Shown here piece after piece: positions 47,757 through 55,353 of a stretch of 55,353 bases of DNA. The position numbers and the translations under genes were made by a program. Below the pieces are notes generated by a model. The model saw only the letters and a program-made list of their open reading frames with translations. It was not told the origin of the DNA and searched no databases. Source of the stretch: Elusimicrobiota bacterium (GTDB lineage Bacteria; Elusimicrobiota; Elusimicrobia; UBA1565); NCBI GenBank assembly GCA_043827405.1, contig JBDRPD010000052.1, positions 1 through 55,353 of the forward strand. Reading direction: 5' to 3'. Numbering within the stretch: position 1 is the first letter of the stretch; each line of letters opens with the position of its first letter.

Positions 47757-49069
47757 GCGCGCTCCGCGGCGCGCGGCCAGGTCTCCCGCAGGAACCGGTC
47801 GACGGCGAGAAACACGCCGTCGGTATTCAGATAGTCCCAGCGTCCGCTGCGGCCGAGCAGGTACAGCCCCTGTTCTTCCAGGCGGCGCTCCAGCCCGGCG
47901 ACGGCCTCCGGCAGGCCGAGCGTCTGGATGGGATAGGTGCAGCGCTCCAGGTGCGCGGCCGCCAGCTCGACATCGCTCTCGGCGGCGAGAATTCCGGTCT
48001 CCGACAAGCCGCGCAGGACCTGCGCCGTCACCGCACCTTCCGTCAGCCCCGGCGCGCCCCGCCGGCGGGTGATCTCGGCGACCACGGTCGGCGGGCGATC
48101 CGGATCGAGCGGCTGCATCATGGTCAGGCGGTAGAAGGCCTCGGGTCCGGCGAAGAACGTCCAGTGGTTGCCGCCGCAGCGGGCGAAGGTCCGCCCGGCC
48201 TTGAGCCCGACGACCGCAAAGTAGGTGTCGTTGCAGAGGAAGCTGCCCGCCTGACCCGACAGGTCCTGGTCCGCCAGCGCGCCCAGAAGCTCGGGGATTG
48301 GAATGGTCGACACAACGATATCCGCCGCCACCTCCCCGCCGGCGCCGCGAACCTTCCACCCGCCGCCGGAACGCCGCAGCTCACGCACCGGCCAGCCGGT
48401 GCGGATATGCGGCCGAATCTCCGCCGCCACCGCTTCCGGCAGCGCTCCCGCGCCGCCGGCTCGGGGATACAGGAAGTTCGCCTGATAGGTCCGCCCTACC
48501 GTGCCGCGGACAAAACCGTTGCGCAGGATCTTCCAGGCCGGCTCCGGCTCGATCTTGCCCCGCACCAGCGCCATGGAAATGCGGTCCAGCGGACAGTCCC
48601 ATATTTTCTCGTTGTATGGCGTCATAAAATGCCGCGCGATCCCGGCGCCCAGGCCGTTGGCGATCCAGTGCTCGAGGTTCCGGTAATTCCGGTCGCCGCA
48701 GAGAGCGGCGCGCAGATAGCCGAGCACGCACTCCATCTTGTGCCCGAACGGCAGATCGGCCAGACCGTTCTCAAACGGATAGTGCAGCTCGCGGATACCG
48801 CCGCCGGGCTCGCGATGGGCGACGCGGACCCGGCGCTGCCGCTCGTGGTATTCGACCGGCAGCTCGCGATAGAAATCCATAGCCGCCGGCTCGCGGCTGT
48901 AAAAGGCGTGCGGCCCGAGGTCCCAGCTGTAGGCGCCGCGGCGCAGGCTGCGGCACAGTCCGCCGACGACGTCGCGGCTCTCCAGCACCACGCAGTCGAC
49001 GCCCTTGGCGCGCAAACGGCGGCAGAGCTGCAGCCCCGTCAGGCCGCCGCCGAGGACCGCCGCCTTCAT
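47750..49069 (-). CDS. FAD-dependent oxidoreductase (protoporphyrinogen oxidase / UDP-galactopyranose mutase-like)
   Basis: VLGGGLTGL, GGLCRS, WDLGPHAF, PYNEKIW, GRSGRWDYLNTD. Confidence 0.8.
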   Translation of the reverse strand: MKAAVLGGGLTGLQLCRRLRAKGVDCVVLESRDVVGGLCRSLRRGAYSWDLGPHAFYSREPAAMDFYRELPVEYHERQRRVRVAHREPGGGIRELHYPFENGLADLPFGHKMECVLGYLRAALCGDRNYRNLEHWIANGLGAGIARHFMTPYNEKIWDCPLDRISMALVRGKIEPEPAWKILRNGFVRGTVGRTYQANFLYPRAGGAGALPEAVAAEIRPHIRTGWPVRELRRSGGGWKVRGAGGEVAADIVVSTIPIPELLGALADQDLSGQAGSFLCNDTYFAVVGLKAGRTFARCGGNHWTFFAGPEAFYRLTMMQPLDPDRPPTVVAEITRRRGAPGLTEGAVTAQVLRGLSETGILAAESDVELAAAHLERCTYPIQTLGLPEAVAGLERRLEEQGLYLLGRSGRWDYLNTDGVFLAVDRFLRETWPRAAERAC

Positions 49070-49788
49070 GCCGCGTCCGCGATCTTCTCGAAGGCGGTCA
49101 GGGTGTTGCGCCGCTCGATGCGGCGCACCCGCGGGTCATGCATGAGATTCTCCTCAACGTAGCGGTCGATGCCCGGCCAGGCCCGGCAGGAGGTATCGTG
49201 CAGGGCCAGTATGCCGCCGCGGTTGAGCAGGGGCAGGCACAGTTCCGCTTCCTTGCGGACCTGATCGTAGTCGTGCATCCCGTCGATGAAAACCATGCGG
49301 AAGCGCTCGGTCAGAGCGGGCAGCGCGGCCTCGGACGGGCTGGCGACGACGACGATGCGGTCGTAGAACCCGTGCTTCTTGGCGTTCTCGATGAACTCGT
49401 AGAACGTTCCGGGAGCGCCGCCGCGCACGCTGCGGTGGATTCGATCCTGCAGTTCGGTTCCGCGCATATCAAAGGTATCGATGCAGAAAACCTTGGTCTC
49501 CGGCGCGCTTCGCGCGCAGGCGCCGGCCAGGATGCAGGTCGACTTCCCCAGCCACGAACCGATCTCCAAAATATGCCCCGCGCCGGGGCGCTGCGCCAGC
49601 TCCCACAAGAACTCATGCTCGCCGTCGTAAATCCAGCCGTCGATCTCGGCGGAGCGGCGAATCCAGGAATTCGCATCGTCCTTCCCGACGGAGGAGACGT
49701 ATTTGTATTCCACTATGGCCGCCGCCGTTAGCGGCAGGCCCAGCAGCCTTTTGGCCGTTTCCCAGAGAAATGATGCCTTGCGGGCCAT
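49066..49788 (-). CDS. Class I SAM-dependent methyltransferase (Methyltransf_24-like)
   Basis: LEIGSWLGKST, VFIDGMHDY, GGILALHD. Confidence 0.85.
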   Translation of the reverse strand: MARKASFLWETAKRLLGLPLTAAAIVEYKYVSSVGKDDANSWIRRSAEIDGWIYDGEHEFLWELAQRPGAGHILEIGSWLGKSTCILAGACARSAPETKVFCIDTFDMRGTELQDRIHRSVRGGAPGTFYEFIENAKKHGFYDRIVVVASPSEAALPALTERFRMVFIDGMHDYDQVRKEAELCLPLLNRGGILALHDTSCRAWPGIDRYVEENLMHDPRVRRIERRNTLTAFEKIADAA

Positions 49789-49894
49789 GAGGTAAAATAG
49801 CAAAAAAGCTCTTGAAATCCTCGCAAAATGGGGGTATATATGTAGTACCCCTCTGGTGGCGGCCGTCTGGTCCCGGCCCCTAGCGGGGCTTACT

Positions 49895-52800
49895 ATGAGG
49901 AAAAGCGCCGCCCTGCTTTTAGCTGTCGCCGTCTCCCTGCAGCCCGTGGGGGGCGGCCTTTCTTATGCCGCCCAAACAGTCGAAGATCCCGCTCCGCTAA
50001 CCGCCGAGTTTCTCGACCGGCTCGACCGGACGATTGCCGACTCCTTCACCCGGGCCAAGCTCGATGCCGTCGATATGGACGCCGCGGCGCTGCGCGCCCG
50101 CATCGCGCAAACAGCGACGCCCATCGCGCGCGCCAACCTGAACCTGCGCATAAGGGAAATCGGGACGCGCCACGGCTATTACCAAGCCCTGCTCTCGGCG
50201 GTCGCGGCACAGGACAAGAGTGCGATCTCGGCCCAAGTCGGTTTGCTCGGCGACGCCTTTCCGGCGCTCAGGGCGGATAAAGAAGGGCTGAACAAGACCT
50301 ATCAGCTGCTGGCGGAAAAAGGGCTGGCGGCGGTCACCGGGGAGAAGACGCCGCAGCATCCCAATGACAACAAGCTCGCCCAGGGCCTGCAGGCGCGCGT
50401 CGGCACGATGAACAGGCTTCCGGCGGCGCTGCACGGCAAAGCGGGCGGCGACAAGTATTACGACGGCAGCATGCAGCGCGGCGCAGCGGCGGCGGACCCG
50501 AAGCTTCCCGGAGGGCCTGACGAAACAAGCAAGACCAATGCCGCCGGGATGAAGAGCTCCGACTTCCAGCCCCGGCAGGCGGCCCTTACCGTCTCGGACG
50601 TCCCCATGAGCTCCCGGTCCACCAAGCTGGAGGCCGACCGCTACGGGACGAACAGCCCCTTCATGAATAAACTGGCGCTCTCCTTCCATACCGCGGCGGC
50701 CAACGTGACTTTGCCCGGCGCGCTCGACCGCTCCCTCGACGCCGTGCGCGCCCAGCACAAGGGAGAGGCCTACCGCCTCACCGACGACCAGATCACCACC
50801 GACCGGGGACAACGGACCGCGGAATTCATCAGCGGGCTCGGCGCGGACACTCCCGACATTAAGAAGCTGCAGGGGATATACCAGGAGGCCGTCAGCAAGA
50901 ACGATCCCGAGCTTATGCGCAAGTTCCTCGACCGCGCCGACAACGCGATCACCCGGCTGGACGCGCCGGCGCTGCGCGGCGAGCGGGACAAACGGACCTC
51001 CTACGCCGCCGCTCTCGAGGAAACCCAGACGGCGATGAACAGCTTTGCCGGGCTCATCGAGAGCCGCCGCCCGGAAATGAAATCGAGCCTTATGAAGCTC
51101 GCGGACAATCCCGGAGCGTTGTCGGAGGGGGAGTGGGCGGGCTTGCAGGACGCCTTCCAGGAGCACCGGGATTCCCCGGAGTTCAAGGCTTTCATGCAGG
51201 CGCGCGCGCAGATGAACGGAGCGCGCGCCGGCCTCGATGAATTCTACGCCGCCAACCCCCTGCTCGCCCGCTACCGCGCCGACCTCGCCTCTTCGGCGCG
51301 CTTTCACTGGCAGGCCATGCTCGGCGGATTGGTAAAGGACGGGACCTGGTTCTCACCGCATGAGCTGCAGGCGCACGATGTGCCGCCGGGAGCGTCGCTG
51401 GTCAAGGGCACCGAGACCGGCCGCGCCGGCCTGTGGACCATGGTGGGCGGCAAAAAGACCAGCTTTAAAAGCTTCGACGGCCGCTACACCGCCGAGCAGT
51501 TCACCGACGCCGAGGGTACGCCGCTCGAACGGCGCATAACGGCGAACAAGCCCGGACAGGCGCCCGACGTAGAGATCATCAACCAGGGAAATAAGAAAGG
51601 GGGATGGAAGCGTCACGTCGGCACTTTGGCCGGCGGCAAGTTCGTCCACGCCTTCACCGAATACAAGGACGGCTCCTTCGACTTGGACACCGAAGCGCTG
51701 TTCGCCGCCGAGCGGGGAGCGGCCAGACAGCAGCCGGCGGCCGATACCGCCGGCGCCATCGTAAAGCTGCTGGGCTGGAAGGACGAGGGCGGCGCCCGCT
51801 CCGGACCGCTCGCCCAGTGGCTGGCGGACGGCTACTCCAAGGGCCAGGGCATCAAAGCGATGCGCCTGCGGGCGCAGAAAGACGGCACCCTGCACGTCAT
51901 TTACGAGCGCTCCGGGGGCGCCCAGGAAATCCGTACCGCCAAGTTCGCCAAAGCCTCCAAGTTTCAGGACCAGGACATGGGCGAAGCGCTGGTGGTGCTC
52001 AAAAAATCCTGGATTCGCGCCGACGGCAGCAAGGATATTCAGCTGCAGCGAACGATGGAATACCTGCCCGACGGCTCACGGCTCTTGTGGAATGAGCAGT
52101 TCGAGAGCACCGAGGCGGGCTGGGTAAAATCGCGCAAGAACCATACCCGCATCTCGCTCAAGCACGTCAAGCGCCGCGCCGACGGGACGCTGGACTGGAA
52201 TAATGCCGGCGTCGAGCGCCGCGCGGAGCTCGACCTCACCGAGGACGTCGACACCACGTCGACTCTCGGGATGGTGAGCGCCGCCCTGCACGACACCCCG
52301 GCTCTCGGCCATGCGCTCAAGGGGCTCGGCTGGGTCGGCGACCGCGGCTACAACGGCGTGGTCGGCGGCTACCAAGGATTGATCGGCGAGATCGCCGACA
52401 GCCCCATCTACCGCGTCCACGGCATGGCCGGCTCCAAGCGCATGGTAATGTCGCGCGATGATGAGCGCTGGGAAAACGTCGCGGCTTCCTTCGGCCGCCG
52501 CGAGAAAGCCGTCATCGACGGCGACGTCCACCGCCTGCGCAGCCGCCACCTAAGCCAGCAGGGCCTGCAGCGCGAGCGCATGCTCGACGATAAGGCCTAC
52601 CAGGACTTCCGCTACCGCGAGATCACCGATAAGGAGCGCGGCCATACGCTGGCCACCGCCGTCGGCGCCGGGACCTACGGCCAGTACTTCGCCGACCTGG
52701 CGGCCGAGGAAACCGGGATCAACCGCGTTCTCTACGAGACCGCCGGCGTCGGCATGACGACGCTCGAGAGCATACCGCAGACCTTGCCGGTCCTGCTGGC

Positions 52801-54775
52801 GCTCGGCCCGCTGGGCAAGGCGGCGGGGACCGGCAGCTGGGCGGTGCGCGGCGTGTCGCTGGCCCGCGTCGGTCACGCCGTCGTTACCCCTTACGTCATG
52901 ACCTCCTGGGGCGTCAATATCCCGCTGGGCGTCAACGACTTCGTCGAGGGCATCCAGGAAGGCGACCCGCACAAGACCGTGCGCGGCGGCGGCCAGGCCC
53001 TGACCGACGCCTTGTTCCTGGCGGTCGCGGCCAAGGACTTCGCCAAGACCCTAAAATCGCAGCGCACCCAGGCGCAGGTCAAAAATTTCGACAAAGCGCT
53101 GACCGAACCCCAAAGCGCGCCCAAGATCAAGCCCAAGCGGGCGCACAACCCCAAGTCCGCGGCGCAGGGGAAAAGCAAAACCGTCGCCCATCCGGTGAAG
53201 GAGACGGTAAAGGCAAGAGGCGAGTCGAAGGCCGGCCGCGAGGTCCAGGCCGACGCCCTGATGGAGCAGCAGGTGGCCAAGCGCGGCGAGTACCTGGAGA
53301 GCCGCAAGACCGACGCTAAAGCCGGCAGGGAAACGGTCGAGCAGCGCCAGACGCGGGCGCTGGAAGAGCGCGCGCTGGCGAAGAAGGCCTACAGCGAAGC
53401 GGTCGAAATCGGCAAGGGCGCCAAAGAAAGCCCGGTCAGCGAAGCCGGCGTCGATGCCGCCATCGCCGAAGGGACCCTGGCCGAAAACAGCAATCTCAAC
53501 GTAGCGCAGCAGGGCTCGCAGACCTGCGCGCTGCACGCCTGGACCAACCATCTCAACTCGGCCGGCGTGAAGATCACGCTCGGCGAGGTGTTTAAAGTAG
53601 TCGAGCAGCGCCTCGGCCCGGAGCTGCTGCAGAAGGCCAAGACCCAGGGGCTGTCGCAGGCCGAGACCATGCTCGTCTACAAGGCCGTGGCGTTGGAGAA
53701 AGGCATCAGCCTCGAGCGCGTCCCCGCCGGCAAGGTGTTCTCCAAGATCGCCCAGGAAGGCAACAGTGCCTCGATGACCATGCGCACCGGCGAGGGGCAT
53801 CACCAGGTCGTCGTCGAAGGCGTCGTCCAGGGCAAAAACGGCGGCAAGTACGTCTCCTACATCGACTCGCAGACCGGCGGCCGCACCTTCATGCCGGTCG
53901 AGCTGTTCGCCAAGCTGGCCCGCTCCGACGGCCTGGTCGCCGGCAAGAAGGCTGCGCCGCAGACCTATGCCGAGTGGCGCTCCGAGTTCAAGGCCTTCAA
54001 GAAGGGGAAGATCAAGTTCGCCGCCGAGAAGGACGCGATGAAGCTGGAGGAGCTCGTCGACGGGGGGGAGACGGCGCGCGTCGGCCAGGGCGAGGCCCCG
54101 CCGCCGATGAAGGTGATGGAAGCGCTCGATAAGCTGCTGGACGATCCCGCCAATATCGCCAAGATCAAGGACAACCCGAACGCCTACCGCAATATTCTCG
54201 GCAAGATGATGGGCGGCAAGAAGCAGGCGTCGAAGCCGCTCAACGAAGCGCAGATCGTAGAGGCGCAGCGGGCCTATAAGCAGCAGCTTATGCCGGAAGC
54301 GAAGAAGGTATTGGAACGCTACAACCTCACCGAGGCCGATGTCGTCTCGCACGGCACCAGCCTGCAGGGCCTGATGGGAATGATCTTCGAGGGCGGCATC
54401 CGGGCCTCCGACTCCTTCGGCGACGGAGCCAAGCATTGGGCGGCAAAGGGCACCGGCGGCGCGACCTATATCGCGGCGCCGGCCGGACGCGGCGAGCCGG
54501 GCGTCGTCGTCATCATTGAGAACAAGGGCAACCGTCTCGGCCATACGATCGACTATACGGCGAAGTCGCCCCAGGTCATGAGCGACTTCCTGGCCGTCAT
54601 TATCACCGACGGCGCCAAGACCGTGGTTCTCGACAAGGCGCAGCTTATGACCTTGGGCTCCTCGGCCAAGGCCTGGAAGACCAAGGTCAGCGACTACAAC
54701 CAGCCCGGCTGGAAGATGAGCGACTTCTCCGCCTGGGAGAAGTACCAGAAGATCTTCGAGTCGACCAAGCGCTGA
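49895..54775 (+). CDS. Giant exported multidomain protein, polymorphic-toxin-like: C39/papain-like protease domain and C-terminal ART-like domain
   Basis: Signal peptide from ATG 49895; hydrophobic segment near 52770-53030; QQGSQTCALHA...HHQVVV...YIDS protease motifs at about 53500-53900; VSHGTS...MIFEGGIRAS from about 54344. The ORF is solid; the domain calls are by eye. Confidence 0.7.
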   Translation: MRKSAALLLAVAVSLQPVGGGLSYAAQTVEDPAPLTAEFLDRLDRTIADSFTRAKLDAVDMDAAALRARIAQTATPIARANLNLRIREIGTRHGYYQALLSAVAAQDKSAISAQVGLLGDAFPALRADKEGLNKTYQLLAEKGLAAVTGEKTPQHPNDNKLAQGLQARVGTMNRLPAALHGKAGGDKYYDGSMQRGAAAADPKLPGGPDETSKTNAAGMKSSDFQPRQAALTVSDVPMSSRSTKLEADRYGTNSPFMNKLALSFHTAAANVTLPGALDRSLDAVRAQHKGEAYRLTDDQITTDRGQRTAEFISGLGADTPDIKKLQGIYQEAVSKNDPELMRKFLDRADNAITRLDAPALRGERDKRTSYAAALEETQTAMNSFAGLIESRRPEMKSSLMKLADNPGALSEGEWAGLQDAFQEHRDSPEFKAFMQARAQMNGARAGLDEFYAANPLLARYRADLASSARFHWQAMLGGLVKDGTWFSPHELQAHDVPPGASLVKGTETGRAGLWTMVGGKKTSFKSFDGRYTAEQFTDAEGTPLERRITANKPGQAPDVEIINQGNKKGGWKRHVGTLAGGKFVHAFTEYKDGSFDLDTEALFAAERGAARQQPAADTAGAIVKLLGWKDEGGARSGPLAQWLADGYSKGQGIKAMRLRAQKDGTLHVIYERSGGAQEIRTAKFAKASKFQDQDMGEALVVLKKSWIRADGSKDIQLQRTMEYLPDGSRLLWNEQFESTEAGWVKSRKNHTRISLKHVKRRADGTLDWNNAGVERRAELDLTEDVDTTSTLGMVSAALHDTPALGHALKGLGWVGDRGYNGVVGGYQGLIGEIADSPIYRVHGMAGSKRMVMSRDDERWENVAASFGRREKAVIDGDVHRLRSRHLSQQGLQRERMLDDKAYQDFRYREITDKERGHTLATAVGAGTYGQYFADLAAEETGINRVLYETAGVGMTTLESIPQTLPVLLALGPLGKAAGTGSWAVRGVSLARVGHAVVTPYVMTSWGVNIPLGVNDFVEGIQEGDPHKTVRGGGQALTDALFLAVAAKDFAKTLKSQRTQAQVKNFDKALTEPQSAPKIKPKRAHNPKSAAQGKSKTVAHPVKETVKARGESKAGREVQADALMEQQVAKRGEYLESRKTDAKAGRETVEQRQTRALEERALAKKAYSEAVEIGKGAKESPVSEAGVDAAIAEGTLAENSNLNVAQQGSQTCALHAWTNHLNSAGVKITLGEVFKVVEQRLGPELLQKAKTQGLSQAETMLVYKAVALEKGISLERVPAGKVFSKIAQEGNSASMTMRTGEGHHQVVVEGVVQGKNGGKYVSYIDSQTGGRTFMPVELFAKLARSDGLVAGKKAAPQTYAEWRSEFKAFKKGKIKFAAEKDAMKLEELVDGGETARVGQGEAPPPMKVMEALDKLLDDPANIAKIKDNPNAYRNILGKMMGGKKQASKPLNEAQIVEAQRAYKQQLMPEAKKVLERYNLTEADVVSHGTSLQGLMGMIFEGGIRASDSFGDGAKHWAAKGTGGATYIAAPAGRGEPGVVVIIENKGNRLGHTIDYTAKSPQVMSDFLAVIITDGAKTVVLDKAQLMTLGSSAKAWKTKVSDYNQPGWKMSDFSAWEKYQKIFESTKR

Positions 54776-54780
54776 CCTCC

Positions 54781-55260
54781 GTGGACACCCCCCCTGAACT
54801 CGCCCGTGCCCAGAAGCTCGCGGAAGACGGAAGCTTCGACGACAGCATCGCGATCTGCGACGCCGTCCTCGCCGGCGAGCCCGACTCGGCGGCCGCCCTC
54901 AGCCTCAAGGGCTGGTGCCTGGACCAGCAGGGCAAGAGAGAAGAAGCGCTGCGCGCCTTCCAGGAAGCCGTAAAGCACCTGCCGGTCTATGCGCCGCTGC
55001 GCAAACAGCTGGGACAGGCCTATGCCGACTTCGGCCGCGCCGAAGAAGCGGTGGCGGAGTTTAGTGAGGCCCTGCGTCTCGACCCAAAGGATGCCGATGC
55101 GCTGATCAAACGCGGCGCCTGCCGCTTGGCCACCACCGAACTGAAGGAAGGTCTACAGGATATCAAGGACGCGGTCGCCATGGACGGCTCGCTGCACGAG
55201 CGCGGCGAAGAGATCTGCCGCGCCTTCGCCGCAGCGCATAAGCTCGATCTCGGGCTTTAG
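54781..55260 (+). CDS. Small cytoplasmic TPR protein
   Basis: Three to four TPR motifs (ALSLKGWCLDQQGKREEAL, LGQAYADFGRAEEAVAEFSEALRLDP); starts 5 bp after the giant gene. Confidence 0.8.
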   Translation: MDTPPELARAQKLAEDGSFDDSIAICDAVLAGEPDSAAALSLKGWCLDQQGKREEALRAFQEAVKHLPVYAPLRKQLGQAYADFGRAEEAVAEFSEALRLDPKDADALIKRGACRLATTELKEGLQDIKDAVAMDGSLHERGEEICRAFAAAHKLDLGL

Positions 55261-55290
55261 CGCCGGCCCGCGCGCCGAGACGGTCGCGCC

Positions 55291-55353
55291 CTAAAGCTCG
55301 TCGGCGCTGGTCACGGCGTTGCGCCCCTTGCGCTTCGAGGCGTAAAGCGCTTC
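55291..55353 (-). CDS. C-terminal end of a GGDEF diguanylate cyclase (partial)
   Basis: Minus strand reads EALYASKRKGRNAVTSADEL*, matching the ALYxAKxxGRN terminal motif of GGDEF domains. Confidence 0.75.
   Translation of the reverse strand, partial: EALYASKRKGRNAVTSADEL

Noticed and set aside
47757..48359. N-terminal 200-aa extension of the 743-aa Lnt ORF
   Set aside because: Overlaps the FAD oxidoreductase in another frame; the GTG at 47756 gives a normal-sized Lnt.

Overview
GC-rich bacterial chromosomal segment with no rRNA, tRNA, CRISPR array, transposase or integrase. The style of its hypothetical exported proteins suggests Elusimicrobiota, but this is an impression, not a demonstrated assignment. 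Housekeeping content: cfa-like methyltransferase (partial), a TatT/DctPQM TRAP transporter, LOG protein, groES-groEL with tandem CIRCE operators, yggS-yggU, mtnA, a DAACS symporter, cutA, maf, lipA-queD, a GH1 glycosidase, trxB, a glpK-like/plsC/yjbQ/Fe-S nuclease/radC run behind an ECF sigma, zf-HC2 anti-sigma and RseB-like genes, otsB, lgt-like, lnt-like, and the end of a GGDEF gene. Best candidates for novelty: (1) a ~1,626-aa exported polymorphic-toxin-like protein with an internal C39/papain-like Cys protease and a C-terminal HGT-type ADP-ribosyltransferase-like domain, followed by a small TPR gene; (2) a module that occurs twice 44 kb apart (two tiny secreted proteins converging on a paralogous single-TM protein), whose second copy encodes GCCGG peptides between an Lgt-like gene and an Lnt-like gene with a WPE-to-WPQ change; (3) a recurring palindromic upstream motif TAGGNCCNNGGNCCTA; (4) an orphan FliF-FliG fusion next to TPR, coiled-coil and GYF-like genes and a divergent paralog pair; (5) a 122-bp AT-rich element with perfect 26-bp inverted repeats enclosing a sigma70-like promoter just before lipA; (6) a malic-enzyme homolog lacking its catalytic Lys and two metal ligands. 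All family assignments come from motif recognition by eye; no database search was run.
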